Counted from the first letter of the stretch, positions 37,975-51,637 are shown. The stretch: 64,000 nucleotides of DNA from Chiloscyllium plagiosum (GCF_004010195.1 NC_057720.1:7553117-7617116); one strand, 5' to 3'. The notes: generated from the letters alone by a model not told the origin. Numbers and translations are program-made.

Positions 37975-38265
37975 AGAACCCCTACAAGTGCAGAAGGAGG
38001 CCATTCGGCCCATTAAGTCCACACTGACCCTCCCATTCTATCCCTACATTTCCCATGGCAAATCCACCTAGCCTCTACTTCCCTGGACACGGTGGGCAAT
38101 TTAGCATGGCCAATCCACTTAGCCTACACATCTTTGGACTGCGGGAGGAAACACACACAGACATGGGGCGAACGCGTAAACTCAATACACAGACTACTAC
38201 CCAAGGCTGGAATTGAACCTGGGTCCCTGGTGCTGTGAGGCAGCAGTGCTGAGTCACCATGCTGC
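37975..38265 (-). mobile_element. HE1-type V-SINE (older)
   Basis: V-domain and head on the minus strand. Confidence 0.8.
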
Positions 38266-38640
38266 CCCAAAGGCTGAGCTGTTCAGCTGAATCAGTCAAT
38301 TCACGGAAATGTAGAAGCCAGGAGCTGGAGAAGGCCATTCGGCCCTTCGAGTTGGCTCTGCCATTCAATATTATCCAACTGATGATCCAACACAGTACCT
38401 TGTTCCTGCTTTCTCCTCTGCGTACTTTGATCCCTTTATCTGCAAAAACTATATATTAAATGTTTGGCCTCAACTACATTCTGTGCCAGAGAACCCACTC
38501 CCCAGGCAAAGAAACCTCTCCTCTTCCCAGTCATCTTAGTTTGCATTGGGCAGAGGATGAAACATGCCTCTCAATGGTGTAAACATGGACAGTAACATGT
38601 ATTTAAATACGACTATCACTTGGTCTGTCTTCATATAAAC

Positions 38641-38868
38641 TGAGATGGGGCAGGATTGTGTGTACTGCTGGGTTAGTTGATAAGGGGCGGGATTGAGTGT
38701 TCCTGCTGGCTTAGGTGAGAGGGGGGAGGGGATTGAGTGTTCCTGCTGGGTTGAGAGGGGGCAGGATTGTCTGTTCTTGTTGGGTTAGGTGAGAGGGGGG
38801 AGGAGGATTGTCTGTTCCTGCTGGATTAGTTGAGAGGGAGGAAGACTGTCTGTTCCTGCTGGGTTAGT
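38641..38868. repeat. G-rich minisatellite, ~35-41 bp unit, about 6 copies
   Basis: Unit approx. TGAGAGGGGG(N)AGGATTGTCTGTTCCTGCTGGGTTAG(G/T). Confidence 0.9.
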
Positions 38869-39789
38869 TTTTCTGTTGAAGGTTAAAATGTCAATGACAT
38901 TTCACACTGCACTTTTGGATGAAAAAGAAATGTATTGATCATTATGCCCATGCACCAAAGAGAAATGGTGTGCTTGTGTTTGCGTGTGTCCTAATTCTGA
39001 ACATGCTACTTTACCATTTATCGATTTTGATCAAGAAGATTTGGAACAAATCTACAATCTCCATGAGTTATTTAATGTTTCCCATCCAGCTAATGGACCA
39101 TCTGTCGTGATTGGAAGCGACCATATTTAAAACAAAAAGGAAAGTAATCCAGGTTCAAATGCTAAAGGGAGCACAATCTATATCATCGAACAAATTTTCT
39201 CTTCCTTCCTGGGTTTAAAGAAAATCTAATCCCCATATTTACTGCACATTCTGAAATACTGGAAAACATGCTAAAATAAAGTGGCATACATCAACATTCT
39301 CTCGAGTGAGTAACTGCAGGACCACCCAATGAAAATACATTTTCTGCATTCAATAATCATATCTGATTTATGCTAATGCTGCTGTCACTGTGGACAGTGC
39401 TGCTTGTAAAGACTTGCATTGTTCTTCCCTCATGCATCCTGCCTAGACTGGGGTCTGTGCTGTGATAATGTCTATACTACTCTCCTGAGGAAGCTGTACT
39501 TAGCCAGGCTGTTCCTACTCTCAGTCTGCAGCACCCTTATCTCTATCTTATCTCAAAAACTCTCAGTAGGTCTTGTAAACACTTTATTTACATTTACATA
39601 TGAGTATGCACAGTTCTGGTTACAGCTCTCCAGTACAGTTCTTCCAACCCTCTCTTATTACAGTCTTAATAGCGAGTGACTGCTGATGTCAGAGTTAAAT
39701 CATCATGTACATCACCATTAACACTTATTTTCCCCTGACAATATAGAATCAATCTCTAGGTTTTCAGATATCTGTTGCTTTGTTTGGTG

Positions 39790-40110
39790 GATGCAGGTAT
39801 CACTAGTCATTCCTTATTGCCCAGAGGGCAGTTAAGGATCAACCACATGACCGTGGGGCTGGAGTCACATGGAGACCAGACCAGGTAAGGACAGCAGTTC
39901 CCTTCACTGGAGGGCATTGGTGGACTAGATGGGTTTTTGCCCCGAGAATTGACAATGGTTTCATTAGATTCTTAATTCCATATTCTTACCGAATTCAAAT
40001 TCAAATTCCACCATCTGCCTTGACAGTATTCAAACTCAGGTCTCCAATATTTAACCTGGATTTATTGGACTCGTAGTCTTGTGATAATATCACCAGGCCA
40101 TTGCTCCCCC
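39790..40110 (-). mobile_element. SINE family S2
   Basis: Reverse complement of 7264-7620. Confidence 0.8.
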
Positions 40111-40567
40111 CATGGGATACCTCATTCCTGAGATTGGCATGTCAGTGAGGCAATAACCAACTGCTAGACCGCTGGGAGAGACCTTTTCCCTACCCTATCT
40201 GTTAGCCCAATGACTCCAGGCTGATTCAAGGGCTGTCAGTGGTTTCTGTAGAACGATGGGCCAAATGGCCTCGCATCTCACTTTCTTTGTGATCCTTGCA
40301 AAATCTGTCATACATTCAAAATATTGATGGACTACCATATCGGGAAAAAAATGATAAGGAGAGTTCACTGTGCTTGTTGTAAGTTTTACTAGATAAAGGA
40401 GAATGCTCAAGCACAAAATAGCACAGATCACTGAAACGGCAAATTCTTCAACACGCAAAACTTTCCACCGACTAAGTACAACCTCACACTCAACACCAAC
40501 ATGTGAGGTGATGGTGGCGGAGTGAGTGGCATTACTATGTGTGACAGCCGGGTGGTTCAAGTCTCAC

Positions 40568-40704
40568 ATTTTAGGAATGAAGGGCTTTTTGCCCGAAACA
40601 TCGATTTTCCTGCTCCGCCGATGCTGCCTGAACTGCTGTGCTTTTCCAGCACCACTCTAATCTAGAATCTGGTTTCCAGCATCTGCAGCCCTTGTTTTTA
40701 CCCA
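40568..40704 (+). mobile_element. Penelope-derived single-arm insertion (P1) with 13-bp TSD
   Basis: TSD GTTCAAGTCTCAC at 40555-40567 and 40705-40717; begins within the hammerhead motif (ATGAAGGGCTTTTTGCCCGAAACATC). Confidence 0.85.
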
Positions 40705-41199
40705 GTTCAAGTCTCACCTCAGGACTCAATGGCCAGAACTTAATGAAACAAACACAGAGAATGCAAGAGAAACAGTTAATTTGGAATGACTGTTTTTCAG
40801 AACTGCTCTGTCTTCTAGACTGGTCTTCGATGCTCTGAAGAAGAGTCACACTGGACTCAAAACAATAACTCTGTTATCTCTCTCTCCACAGATGCTGACT
40901 GCTGAGTTTCTCCAGCACTCTGCGTTTGTTTCAGATTTTCAGCATCCGCAGTTTGTAACATGTGGAAAGGACATGACCACAGCCAAGTTGGTTCAGAACC
41001 TGTGAATCCTTCCAGCACACCCCTGGCAGCGGTGAATAACTGGAGAATCTCATGGTCAGCCAGCACTGCCAGGGAGCTCCAGTGTTAACAGTTTCCACCC
41101 CCTACAGGACTCCATGTGTAGGGTCTTTCTATGATTTGGAGATGCCGATGTTGGACTGGGATGTACAAAGTTAGAAATCACAAAACAACAGTTTGGAAG

Positions 41200-41234
41200 C
41201 ACTAGCTTTCGGAGCGCTGCTCCTTCATCAGGTG
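41200..41234 (-). ncRNA. Minimal type-I hammerhead ribozyme motif, best-formed copy (family P3, element ~41130-41240)
   Basis: Minus strand CAC-CUGAUGA-A-GGAGC(AGC)GCUCC-GAAA-GC-UA-GUG: stem I CAC/GUG, 5-bp stem II, palindromic AGCU stem III. Confidence 0.8.
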
Positions 41235-42039
41235 ATTGTGGATCTTTCTATGAGCTGCATTTTCCTGTGACAAACATCCCCTCATTTTGAGGGACTGCCA
41301 GAGGAGGTTAGAATAAGATAATGAGGAGCAGGAACTATTGCAGGCACGGACAAGTTGGACCGAAGGGTCTGTTTTTGTATTTAACAATATAATTCCAGAT
41401 TTTTCTCCTGCTCCTATCCAGCTAGCCTACCCAAATGGAAGAAAGCATCACTAATTATTCACTGAATAATGCCCTTGCTTCTATTGTTCTACTTTTTAGT
41501 CCCATGCTGGACAAACGGTACAGACTAAAAGCCAATAATCCAAATTTCCTAACCCTGCATTTCCAAACCTCAGCACGTTCACTGTCAGGAGACAGCTTGC
41601 ACATTGCTAAGCAAATCCTGACTCAGTTGATGCGATATTCATGTTATCACACGTGACGCTGTTCTTCCATCATTGCTCTAGATTAAGCCCACTGGGATGA
41701 TGAACGATAATCGCTGTCTTTGTGACATTACAGCCTGATTTGCATTTACTGTGTACCTGTTCAAAATTGCCACTTGCCCAGGAATTAATGTGACAACAGT
41801 GTAAATCTCACAGGACTGACAGAGCCAAGGTTCTGATAGAGCAAATGCCTGTCAGCAAACCCACAAAATACCATTTCTCCTCAAACAAAAGATGGAAAAC
41901 TCCCAATCTGAAGCAAAAACAGAAATTGCTGGAGAAACTCAGCAGGTCTAGTTGGATCTGTGGAGAGAACCCCACTTCAGAAATGACTTTTTCTCTAAAA
42001 AAACACGACCAGACCTGCTGAGTTTCTCCAGTAATTTAT

Positions 42040-42550
42040 AGAGTCACAGAGGCACAGCGATGGACATGACAGAAACAGACCCTCTGGTTCAACCCGTCCA
42101 TGCTAACCAGGTATCCCAACCGAATCTAGTCCCATTTGCCAGCATTTGGCCCATATCCCTCCAAACCCTTCCTGTTCATATACCCATCCAGATGCCTTTT
42201 AAATGTTGTGACTGCACCAGCCTCCACCACTTCCTTTGGCAGCTCATTCCATACACGTACTACCCTCTGCGTGAAAAAGTTATTCCTCAGGTCCCTTTTA
42301 AATCTTTTCCATCTCACCTTAAACCTATGCCCTCTAGTTTTGGACTCCTCTTTGCTGGGGAAAAGACCTTGTCTATTCATCATTTCCATGCCCCTCATGA
42401 TTTTATAAACCTCTATGAGGTCACCCCTCAGCCTCTGACGCTCCAGAGAAAAGAGCCCCAGCCTGTTCAGCCTCTCCCTGTAGCTCAAACCCTCCAACCC
42501 TGGCTGCATCCAAGTAAATCCCTTCTGAACCCTTTCAAGTTTCACAATAT
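42040..42550 (-). mobile_element. CR1 LINE 3' end
   Basis: ORF 42126-42545 LERVQKGFT...LRGDLIEVYKIMRG...FFTQRVVRVWNELP. Confidence 0.95.
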
Positions 42551-43747
42551 CCCTCCTGTTTCTTCTTTTGTTTTAGATTTCCAGCATCCCCGCAGTTTGT
42601 TTATTTTATTATTTAGTTTCAGCTGAGCTCCCCGTGTTCAAACAACACGGATGAACAATGGAAAGCTCTTCTGCAGAATGAGTGTTCCTTCCTGTTCCTT
42701 CCAGAGCAGAATGTATTGGCCCCAAAGAGGAGTGTGCACCTTTTGCAAAACACAGACTGGTGACCTCTTTGTCACAAGATGGGACCAAAAGAGAAGAGAG
42801 CAAGCAAGAGAGATAGTGAATTGATCGAGGAATTTCAAAATGGAGAAACTGGGACAGTTGTCTTTGGAAGAGAAGGTCCAGAGGAGATTTGATTGAAGTA
42901 TTTAAAACCATGGGAGGTCCAGGCAGAATGATAGCGAAGTAACTCTTCCCACTCAGCGAGAAACAGAGGGCACTGATTTAAAATAATTTGTTAAAGGAAG
43001 CAACAATGATATGAGGAATATGTTCATGCAGTGAGTGATTAGAGTCTGAAATGCATTGCTCCTGAGAATATGTTGAAGCCATGTTCAATCAAGGCATTCA
43101 GAAGGAAATTAGATAAGTATTTTAAAAGAAATAACAAGCAGGGTCATAGAGGGATGGCAGGGGAAGGGCATTCTCGTTTGCAGAGTGGGCATAGACAGGA
43201 TGGACTGATCGGTCAGTGCTGTAATCATTCTATGCCTCAGACTGAATGAGAGTGGGAGAGTGAATCACTGAGAGTGTGTGAGAATGTGAGAGAATGAATG
43301 AATGGCTGGCTGACAGCACGAGAGTGTATGTGTCAGTAAATAAATGCAAGAGTGTGTGAATGAAAGTGAGAGAAATGAATGCAAGACAGTGAATAAGTGA
43401 GAGAGAGGGAGAGAGATTGTCAGAGAGTTTGCGGGAATGAATGTATGTGAGAGACTACAACTGAATGGGTGAAGCTAAATGGAGAGCAAGCATACAAAGG
43501 GTAAGAAAGAAACAAAATTGGTGCATTTGGCTTCTCTTTCATTTATCAATGAAACCTCGAGTGCCTTCATTGATAGCGCATCCTAATTCAATGCTGCCTA
43601 GCAACAACAGGCTCAAGTGCAGCCACTGAGTCTGAAACTTTAAACTCTTATTTCTCTGATCATCCTCAGATAGTGTAGCAAATGCAGTCAATAAATAGAT
43701 ATTCCCTGTAATGTTGGTGCACACCTTCTGAAGTGGATCAGCTCTTG

Positions 43748-44880
43748 CCCACCCTGACTCCTGCAAAAATGCAATCCTGTATTCCCAATTCCTCCGCCTC
43801 CTTCGCATCCACTCCGAGGAGGATCAGTTCCACCACAGAACACACCAGATGGCCTCCTTCTTCAAAGACTGCAATTTCCCCTCCCACGTGGTTGATGATG
43901 CCCTCCAGCGCATCTCATCTACGTCCCACACCTACGTACTTGAACCCCACCCCTCCAACCACAACAAGTACAGGACCCCCTGGTCCTCACCTTCCACCCC
44001 ACCAACCTCCGTATACATCACATCATCCCCCACCATTTCCGCCACCTACAAACAGACCCCACCACCAGTGATACATTTCCCTCCCCACCCCTTATCTGCT
44101 TTCTGTAAAGACCGTTCCCTCCACGACTGCCTCGTCACGTCCAAGCCCCCAACAGCCCACCCTCCCCTCCTGGCACCTTCCCCTGCTGCTGCAGGAATTG
44201 TAAAAACCTGCGCTCACACCTCCCCCCTCACCTCCATCCAAGGCCCCAAAGGAGCCTTCCACATCCATCAAAGATTCACCTGCACATCCACACATGTCAT
44301 GCGGTCTCCTCTACATTGGGGAGACAGGATGCCTACTCGCAAAGCGCTTCAGAGAACATCTCCGGGACACCCACACCAATCAACCCCACTGCCCCATAGC
44401 TGAACACTTCAACTCCCCCTCCCACGCCGCCGAGAACATGCAGGTCCTGGGCCTCCTCCATCGCCACTCCCTTACAACCTGACACCTGGAGAAAGAACAC
44501 CTTATCTTCCACCTCGGATCCTCCAACTCCACGGGATCAATGTGGATTTCACCAGTTTCCCCATTTCCCTTCCCCCCACCTTCCCCCCAGTTCCAACCTC
44601 CCAGCTCAGCACTGCCCCCATGAACTGTCCTACCCATCTATCTTCCTTCCCACCTACCCGCTCCATCCTCCTCTCTGACCTATTACCATTGCCTCCACCT
44701 CCTTCCATCTATCACACTCTCAGCTACCTTCCCCGCAACCCCAACCCCTTACCATTTATCTCTTCATTCCCAAGGCTCCCAGCCTCATTCCTGATGAAGG
44801 GCTTTTGCCCTAAACATCAATTCTCCTGCTCCTCAGATGGTGCCTGACCGGCTGTGCTTTTCCAGCACCATGCTCTTGAT
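43748..44880 (+). mobile_element. Penelope-like retroelement, 5'-truncated: RT C-terminus, GIY-YIG endonuclease and pseudo-LTR with hammerhead remnant (44791-44818)
   Basis: MASFFKDCNFPSHVVDDALQRIS; CGLLYIGETGCLLAKRFREHLRD...IAEHFNSPSH; ends in the P1 arm CTGATGAAGGGCTTTTGCCC. Confidence 0.93.
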
Positions 44881-45399
44881 ACCCGCCCATCAAAACCCAG
44901 GCAAAGAATTTCTCCCAAGGACAGAATTGTTACACATTATTCAGCCCATCCTGTCTGCGCTGGTTCTATCCCGGTGTCAATCTCCTGCCTTCCCCATACC
45001 CCTGAACATCATTTCTAACAAAGTAATCATCCAATGCCTTTTTGAATGCCTTGATTGACAACTGACAGGAAAACACGGTCTCAGGAACAGGAGAGGCCAA
45101 GCTCTGAGGATTCATTTGCTGATAAACAAGGATATATATCCCTTCCAAATTGGAAGCTAATATCAAATCAGAGAAGGTGTGTGCATGCACATGCTAGAAA
45201 CAGAAAGGGTCAGAAGAAACCCTCATTTTTGACAGGGTTTAGTTTACTGCTGATTAAATATATAATCTCAGGGTCACAAATTCATAGTTCACTATCATGT
45301 CAAGTTGCAAAATTAAAACTCAGTGAACATTTTTGAACAGTTGCAAAGAAAAATGACAAAGATGTTGGACTCTTCTAATTACTTAACTGATAGACCTGA

Positions 45400-45889
45400 A
45401 GGCAGTTTGACCTTTATGTGAACGTGAGTCTTGGCAATGCATTCTGGGAAGGCTGTCAACACATTGGAGAGTGTGCAAATCAGATTTGTTGAAATGGTAC
45501 CAGGTTTGTAGGACTTCAGCTGAGTGGAGAGATTCACGACACTGGGGTTGTTCACTTGAGGGCAGGGTAAGTTAAGGGGAGATTTAATGGAGATGCTCAA
45601 AACCATAAAAGAAAGTCTTTCCCCTGGGTGGGGCAGTCCAAACCTAGAGGTCACAATTTCAGGGTAGAGAGGGGAAAAATTTAAAAGGGACCTGAGGGCC
45701 GATTTTTTCAAGCGGGGGGGGGGTGTATTGAATGAGCTGCCAGAGGAAGAGGTGGAGGCTGGTACAATTACAGCATTTAAAAGGTTTCAGGATGGGTACA
45801 TGAATAGGAAGGATCTGGAGGGATGTGGACTAAGTGCTGGCAAATGGGACTAGATTAATTTGGGATTTCTAGTCATTATGGATGAGTTA
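45400..45889 (+). mobile_element. Older CR1 3' fragment; tail resumes at ~49110-49150
   Basis: ...AATGAGCTGCCAGAGG...ATGGATGAGTT| then GACCAAAGGGTCTGTTTCATGCTGTAC after the nested insertions. Confidence 0.8.
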
Positions 45890-47104
45890 TAGAGTCATAG
45901 AGATGTACAGCATGGAAACAGACCCTTCGGTCCAACCCGTGCATGCCGACCAGATATCCCAACCCAATCTAGTCCCACCTGCCAGCACCCGGTGCATATC
46001 CCTCCAAACCCTTCCTATTCATATATCCATCCAAATGCCTTTTAAATGTTGCAATTGTACCAGCCTCCACAACTTCCTCTGGCAGCTCATTTCACACACG
46101 TACCACCTTCTGCATGAAAAAGTTGTCCCTTAGGTCTCTTTTATATCTTTCCCCTCTCACCTAAACCTATGTCCTCTAGTTCTGCACTCCCCCACCCCAG
46201 GGAAGATTTTTGTCTATTTATCCTATCCATGCTCCTCATAATTTTGTGACCTCTATAAGGTCACGCCTCAGCCTCCAACGCTCCAGGGAAAACAGCCCCA
46301 GCCTGTTAAGCCTCTCCCTATAACTCTAATCTTCCAACTCTGACAACATCCTTGTAAATCTTTTCTGAACCCTTTCAAGTTTCGCAACATTTTTCTGATA
46401 GGAAGACCAGAATTGCACGCAATGTTCCAACAGTGGCCTAACCAATGTCTTGTACAGCCGCAACATGACCTCCCAACTCCTGTACTCAATACTCTGACCA
46501 ATCAAGGAAAGCATACCAAATGCCTTCTTCACTATCTTATCTACCTGCGACTCCACTTTCAAGGAGCTATGAAGCTGCATCCAAGATGTCTTTGTTCAGC
46601 AACACCATTTGTTCAGCAATACCATTAAGTGTATAAGTCCTGCGAAGATTTGATTTCCCAAAATGCAGCACCTCGCATTTATCTGAATTAAACACCATCT
46701 GCCACTTCTCGGCCCATTGGCCCATCTGGTCCAGATCCTGTTGTAATCTGAGGTAACCCTCTTCGCTGTCCATTACACCTCCAATTTTGGTGTCATCTGC
46801 AAACTTACCAACTATACCTTTTATGCTCACATCCAAATCATTTATATAAATGACAAAAAGTAGCGGACCCAGCACCGATCCTTGTGGCACTCCACTGGTG
46901 ACAGGCCTCCAGTCTGAAAAACAACCCTCCAATACCACCCTCTGCCTCCTACCTTTAGCCAGTTCTGTATCCAAATGGCTAGTTCTCACTGTATTCTGTG
47001 AGACCTAACCTTGCTCACCAGTCTCCCATGGGGAACCTTGTCGAACGCCTTACTGAAGTCCATATAGATCACATCTACTGCTCTGCCCTCATCAATTCTC
47101 TTTG
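45890..47104 (-). mobile_element. Young CR1 (HER1-like) RT to 3' UTR; last ~35 bp at 49077-49112
   Basis: SGVPQGSVLGPLLFVIYINDLD...KFADDTKIGG...WQMVFNSDKC; same subfamily as 3958-6116. Confidence 0.95.
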
Positions 47105-49076
47105 ATCAAGGACCTCGAAGTGAAGGAGCCATTGGGAAGTAGTGACCATAATACAATAAGCTTCAATCTGCAATTTGAGAGGGAGAGGGTACAATCGGAA
47201 GTGACAATATTTCTGTTGAATAAAAGGAACTATGGAGCTATGAGGGAGGAGCTGGCCAAAGTTCAATGGTGCAATACCTTAGCAGGATGACAGTGGAGGA
47301 ATAATGGCAGATATTTCTGTGTATAATGCAGAAGATGCAGGATCAGTTCATTCCAAAAAGGAAGAAAGATTCTAGGAGGAGGCAGGGGTGGCCGTGGCTG
47401 ACGAGGGAAGTTAAAAACATTTAAGTTAAAAGAGAAAAAGTATAGCATAGCAAAGATAAGTGGGAAAACGGAGGACTGGGAAGCTTTTAAAGAACAACAG
47501 AGCATTACTAAGAAGGAAATACGCAGAGAAAAAACAAGGTACGAAGGTAAACTGGCTAAAAATATAAAGGAGGATAGTAAAAGCTTTTTTAGGTATGTGA
47601 AAGGCAAAAAAATGGTTAAACTAAAATTGGGCCCTTGAAGACAGAAACAGGGGAATAAATTACGGGGAACAAAGAAATGGCAGAAGAATTGAATTGGTAC
47701 TTCAGATCTGTGTTCACTGGGGAAGACACAAGCAATCTCCCTGAGGTAACAGTGGCTGAAGGACCTGAACTTAAGGGAATTTATATTTGCCAGGAATTGG
47801 TGTTGGAGAGACTGTTAGGTCTGAAGGTTGATAAGTCCCCGGGGCCTGATGGTTTACATCCCAGGGTACTGAAGGAGGTGGTTCGAGAAATTGTGATTAT
47901 TTTCCAGAGTTCGATAGATTCGGGATCAGTTCCTGCAGATTGGAGGGTAGCTAATGTTGGACCACTTTTTAAGAAAGGTTGGAGAGAGAAAGCAGGAAAT
48001 TATAGACCAGTTAGTCTGACTTCAGTGGTGGGAAAGATGCTGGAGTCTATTATAAAGGATGAAATTACGACACATCTGGATAGTAGTAACAGGATAGGTC
48101 AGAGTCAGCATGGATTTATGAAGGGGAAATCATGCTTGACTAATCTTCTGGAATTTTTTCAGGATGTAACTCTGAAGATGGACGAGGGAGATCCAGTAGA
48201 GATGTAGTGTACCTGGACTTTCAGAAAACTTTTGNNNNNNNNNNNNNNNNNNNNNNNNNNNNNNNNNNNNNNNNNNNNNNNNNNNNNNNNNNNNNNNNNN
48301 NNNNNNNNNNNNNNNNNNNNNNNNNNNNNNNNNNNNNNNNNNNNNNNNNNNNNNNNNNNNNNNNNNNNNNNNNNNNNNNNNNNNNNNNNNNNNNNNNNNN
48401 NNNNNNNNNNNNNNNNNNNNNNNNNNNNNNNNNNNNNNNNNNNNNNNNNNNNNNNNNNNNNNNNNNNNNNNNNNNNNNNNNNNNNNNNNNNNNNNNNNNN
48501 NNNNNNNNNNNNNNNNNNNNNNNNNNNNNNNNNNNNNNNNNNNNNNNNNNNNNNNNNNNNNNNNNNNNNNNNNNNNNNNNNNNNNNNNNNNNNNNNNNNN
48601 NNNNNNNNNNNNNNNNNNNNNNNNNNNNNNNNNNNNNNNNNNNNNNNNNNNNNNNNNNNNNNNNNNNNNNNNCCTTGAGTTTAGAAGACTGAGAGGGGAT
48701 CTGATTGAGACATATAAGATTATTAAAGGATTGGACACTCTGGAGGCAGGAAGCATGTTTCCGCTGATGGGTGAGTGCCGAACCAGAGGACGCAGTTTAA
48801 AAATATGGGGTAGACCATTTAGGACAGAGATGAGGAGAAACTTCTTCACCCAGAGAGTGGTGGCTGTGTGGGATGCTCTGCCCCAGAGGACAGTGGAGGC
48901 CCAGTCTCTGGATTCATTTAAGAAAGAGTTGGATAGACCTCTCAAGGATAGTGGAATCAAGGGTTATGGAGATAAGGCAGGAACAGGATACTGATTGAGG
49001 ATGATCAGCCATGATCATATTGAATGGTGGTACAGGCTCGAAGGGCAGAATGGCCTACTCCTGCACCTATTGTCTA
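47105..49076 (+). mobile_element. Young CR1 of a different subfamily (endonuclease end to 3' UTR)
   Basis: LGSSDHN; KSPGPDGLHPRVLKE; NYRPVSLTSVVGKMLE; SQHGFMKGKSCLTNLLEFF; FFTQRVVAVWDALP; CTATTGT tail. Confidence 0.96.
48235..48672. other. Assembly gap (438 N) inside CR1
   Basis: N run. Confidence 1.
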
Positions 49077-49497
49077 TTACTTCTTCAAAAAACTCAATCA
49101 AGTTTGTGAGACCAAAGGGTCTGTTTCATGCTGTACGTCTCGATGACTCCTTGTTAGGAGAGTCCAGAAGGGGACAAGTGGAAAGGGGCTATCTTGTTGG
49201 AGCAGCCAGCACAGGCAAAATGAGCTAAAAGGTTATATTTGGAGCTGCACCATTCCAGGATTTGGTGACTCCAATCCAATTGACTCTTGGGTGGGAGTCA
49301 CCCTGTCCCAAGAAGAGGTAGTGAAGGAAATGGGAGGGTTAGGGTAATGGTGACGAGTCGGGTTACAGTCAGACGACATTCACTGAATCACACAGTACAG
49401 AACAAGCCCTTCAGGTCTGTACTGTCAAAATGATGGTAAACTGATATTGGTTCCACCTCCTTGTTCTCGGCCCACCGCTTTGAATCTTATGACATTA

Positions 49498-49795
49498 CAG
49501 GCAACACGGTGGCTCAGTGGTTCGCACTGCTGTCTCATAGCACTAGGGACCTGGGTTTGATTCCAGCCTCGGACGATTGTCTGTGTGGAGTTTGCACATT
49601 CTCCCCGTGTCTGCGTGGGTTTCTTCCGGGTGCTCTGGTTTCCTTCCACAGTCCAAAGATGTGCAGGTCAGGTGAATTGGCCATGCTAAATTGCCCATAG
49701 TTTTAGATGCATTAGTCAGAGGGAAATGAGACTGGGTGGGTTACTCTTTGGCGGGTCGGTGAACTTGTTGGGCCGAAGGGCCTGTTTCCACACTC
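49498..49795 (+). mobile_element. HE1-type V-SINE
   Basis: Head, V-domain and tail present. Confidence 0.92.
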
Positions 49796-50529
49796 TCGAG
49801 AATACAATAAAAAAAAGCACATCCAAGTACTTTTTAAAGTTTGTGAGCTTACACACATCAACTACCCTCTCGGGCAGTGTATTTGAGACCACCACCACCT
49901 TCTGGTAGAAAACATTTTTCCTCATCCGCCTGTAAGCCCCTTGCCCCCTTATTACAGCGTCTTCAACAAAGAGGAACAGCTGCTTTCTATCTATCCTGTC
50001 CAAACCCCTCATAATCCTGTACACTTTGTGATTCCAATGTCAGTAACTCTTAAGTGGGAATCACCTAGTCCAGAGAAATGTGGGCAGTGGAGCCGCTGGG
50101 AAGATAACTGGTCTTCCCATCGCCACAGGAATTACATAGATCCAACCCTGCCATCCATTGATACCCTTAATGACTCTTGTGCCACGTCCACGATAATCTC
50201 TCTTCCTGTTGGGCAAATATTGTCAGCTTTCCCGACTGGTACAGCAAGGTGGACTGCCTGCCATTGGCTTGGTAGGAGGGGGGAATGGTGGTCAAGTTCA
50301 GCCACAATCCAGGGGCCTGACTGCAGGATTGGAAGAAGAGAAAGGGGAGGGTGCATGACCAGAAGCCACTTGCACCGTACCGACCATGCCTCTGTACCGT
50401 CCATTGTTATATTCCTTTTGCCATTCACATAGTTGGGATTTAATATGGTCGGTGAGAGATTGCTTCCTTGGGAAAACAAAGCTGGGAACTTTCTGCAACT
50501 GACAGGTTACTGGGAACATACTGATTAGG

Positions 50530-50755
50530 GTCTCGATTAGAGTGGTGCTGAAAAAGCACAGCAGGTCAGGCAGCATCCGAGAAGCAGGAAAATCGACATT
50601 CCGGGCAAAAGCCCTTCATCACCTTCCGGATTAAGGGCTTTTGCCCGAAACTTTGAATTTCCTGTTCCTCGGATGCTGCCTGACCTGCTGTGCTTTTCCA
50701 GCATCACTCTAATCTAGACTCCGATCTCCAGCATCTGCAGTCCTCACTTTTGACT
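50530..50755. mobile_element. Palindromic Penelope-derived element (P1) with 14-bp TSD
   Basis: TSD ACATACTGATTAGG at 50516-50529 and 50756-50769; two decayed hammerhead motifs on opposite strands at the centre. Confidence 0.9.
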
Positions 50756-51637
50756 ACATACTGATTAGGAGCTGGAGTAGGCTATTTGGCTGATTGAATC
50801 TGCTCCTAAATTCACGTGGATTATTTTTTCATTTTATTAATTCATGGGATGTGGGCATTGGTGACTTGGTCAGATTTATTGCCAATCCCTCATTATGATT
50901 CTGGGTAATCTAAGATGGAGGTCGGGAAAAAATTGTGGGGCTGTCAGAGCTGTTCCATTTTTGAAGTAATTTCGGTGTTGGAGCTGATTTCCTCGAATTC
51001 CAGGAGCAGTAATTACTGTATTATGTATGTACTGTTGCATTGTTTTGGAATTTTAGGGGACAAAAGATCAAAACAATGGCACTTTAAAAAGGAGGAAGAC
51101 AGACAAAAGCAGTGAATCTGCACAGTCACTGCCTTTGCTGTTTGAGTTCAAGTGTGTCTGGACATCGGAATGTGTCTCAGAAAAATGAACAAACAGCAAA
51201 ATTCACAGCTGACCTTCAGAGGAGCCTGTGTAGGAGAGCTCACAGCACGGAGGAAGCTAATTGCACAGTTTTGAAGAATAAATTTGCTGTAACTCTACAG
51301 GAGTAATAGTGTGGGTTGCTTTTTTTTATGAATTTTTACTTGAGATCTGTCTCTTGATTATGGGTTTGTGAATGGGGAAGATTTGGAGTGATAGGGGGTG
51401 GGCACAGGCAGGTGAGACTAGTTTACTTTCGCGACATAGTTGTCATGGACTAGTTGGACCAAAGAGTCTGTTTCCATGCTGTATGACTGTCTAAAACCTT
51501 GAACTAAGTGGCTTGCTTGGCCATTTTAAAGGATGGTTATGAGCCAGTCACATTGCTGCGGGTCTGGAGTTACAGGTAGGCCAGACTGGGTAAGGATTGA
51601 AATTTCCATCTCCAAGGGACACTAATGAATCAGTTGG

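Noticed and set aside
38641..38868. CRISPR-like repeat array
   Set aside because: Units are contiguous with no unique spacers, the context is eukaryotic, and there are no cas genes
41697..41820. C/D-box snoRNA-like ATGATGA...CTGA
   Set aside because: No terminal stem, atypical box spacing, no recognisable rRNA guide
47105..49076. Potentially active CR1 ORF2
   Set aside because: 5'-truncated with several frameshifts and stops; part is hidden by an N gap
49941..50479. Overlapping 163-aa (+) and 115-aa (-) ORFs
   Set aside because: The plus ORF starts in CR1 sequence; no recognisable domain or paired splice sites; probably an unclassified old repeat or chance
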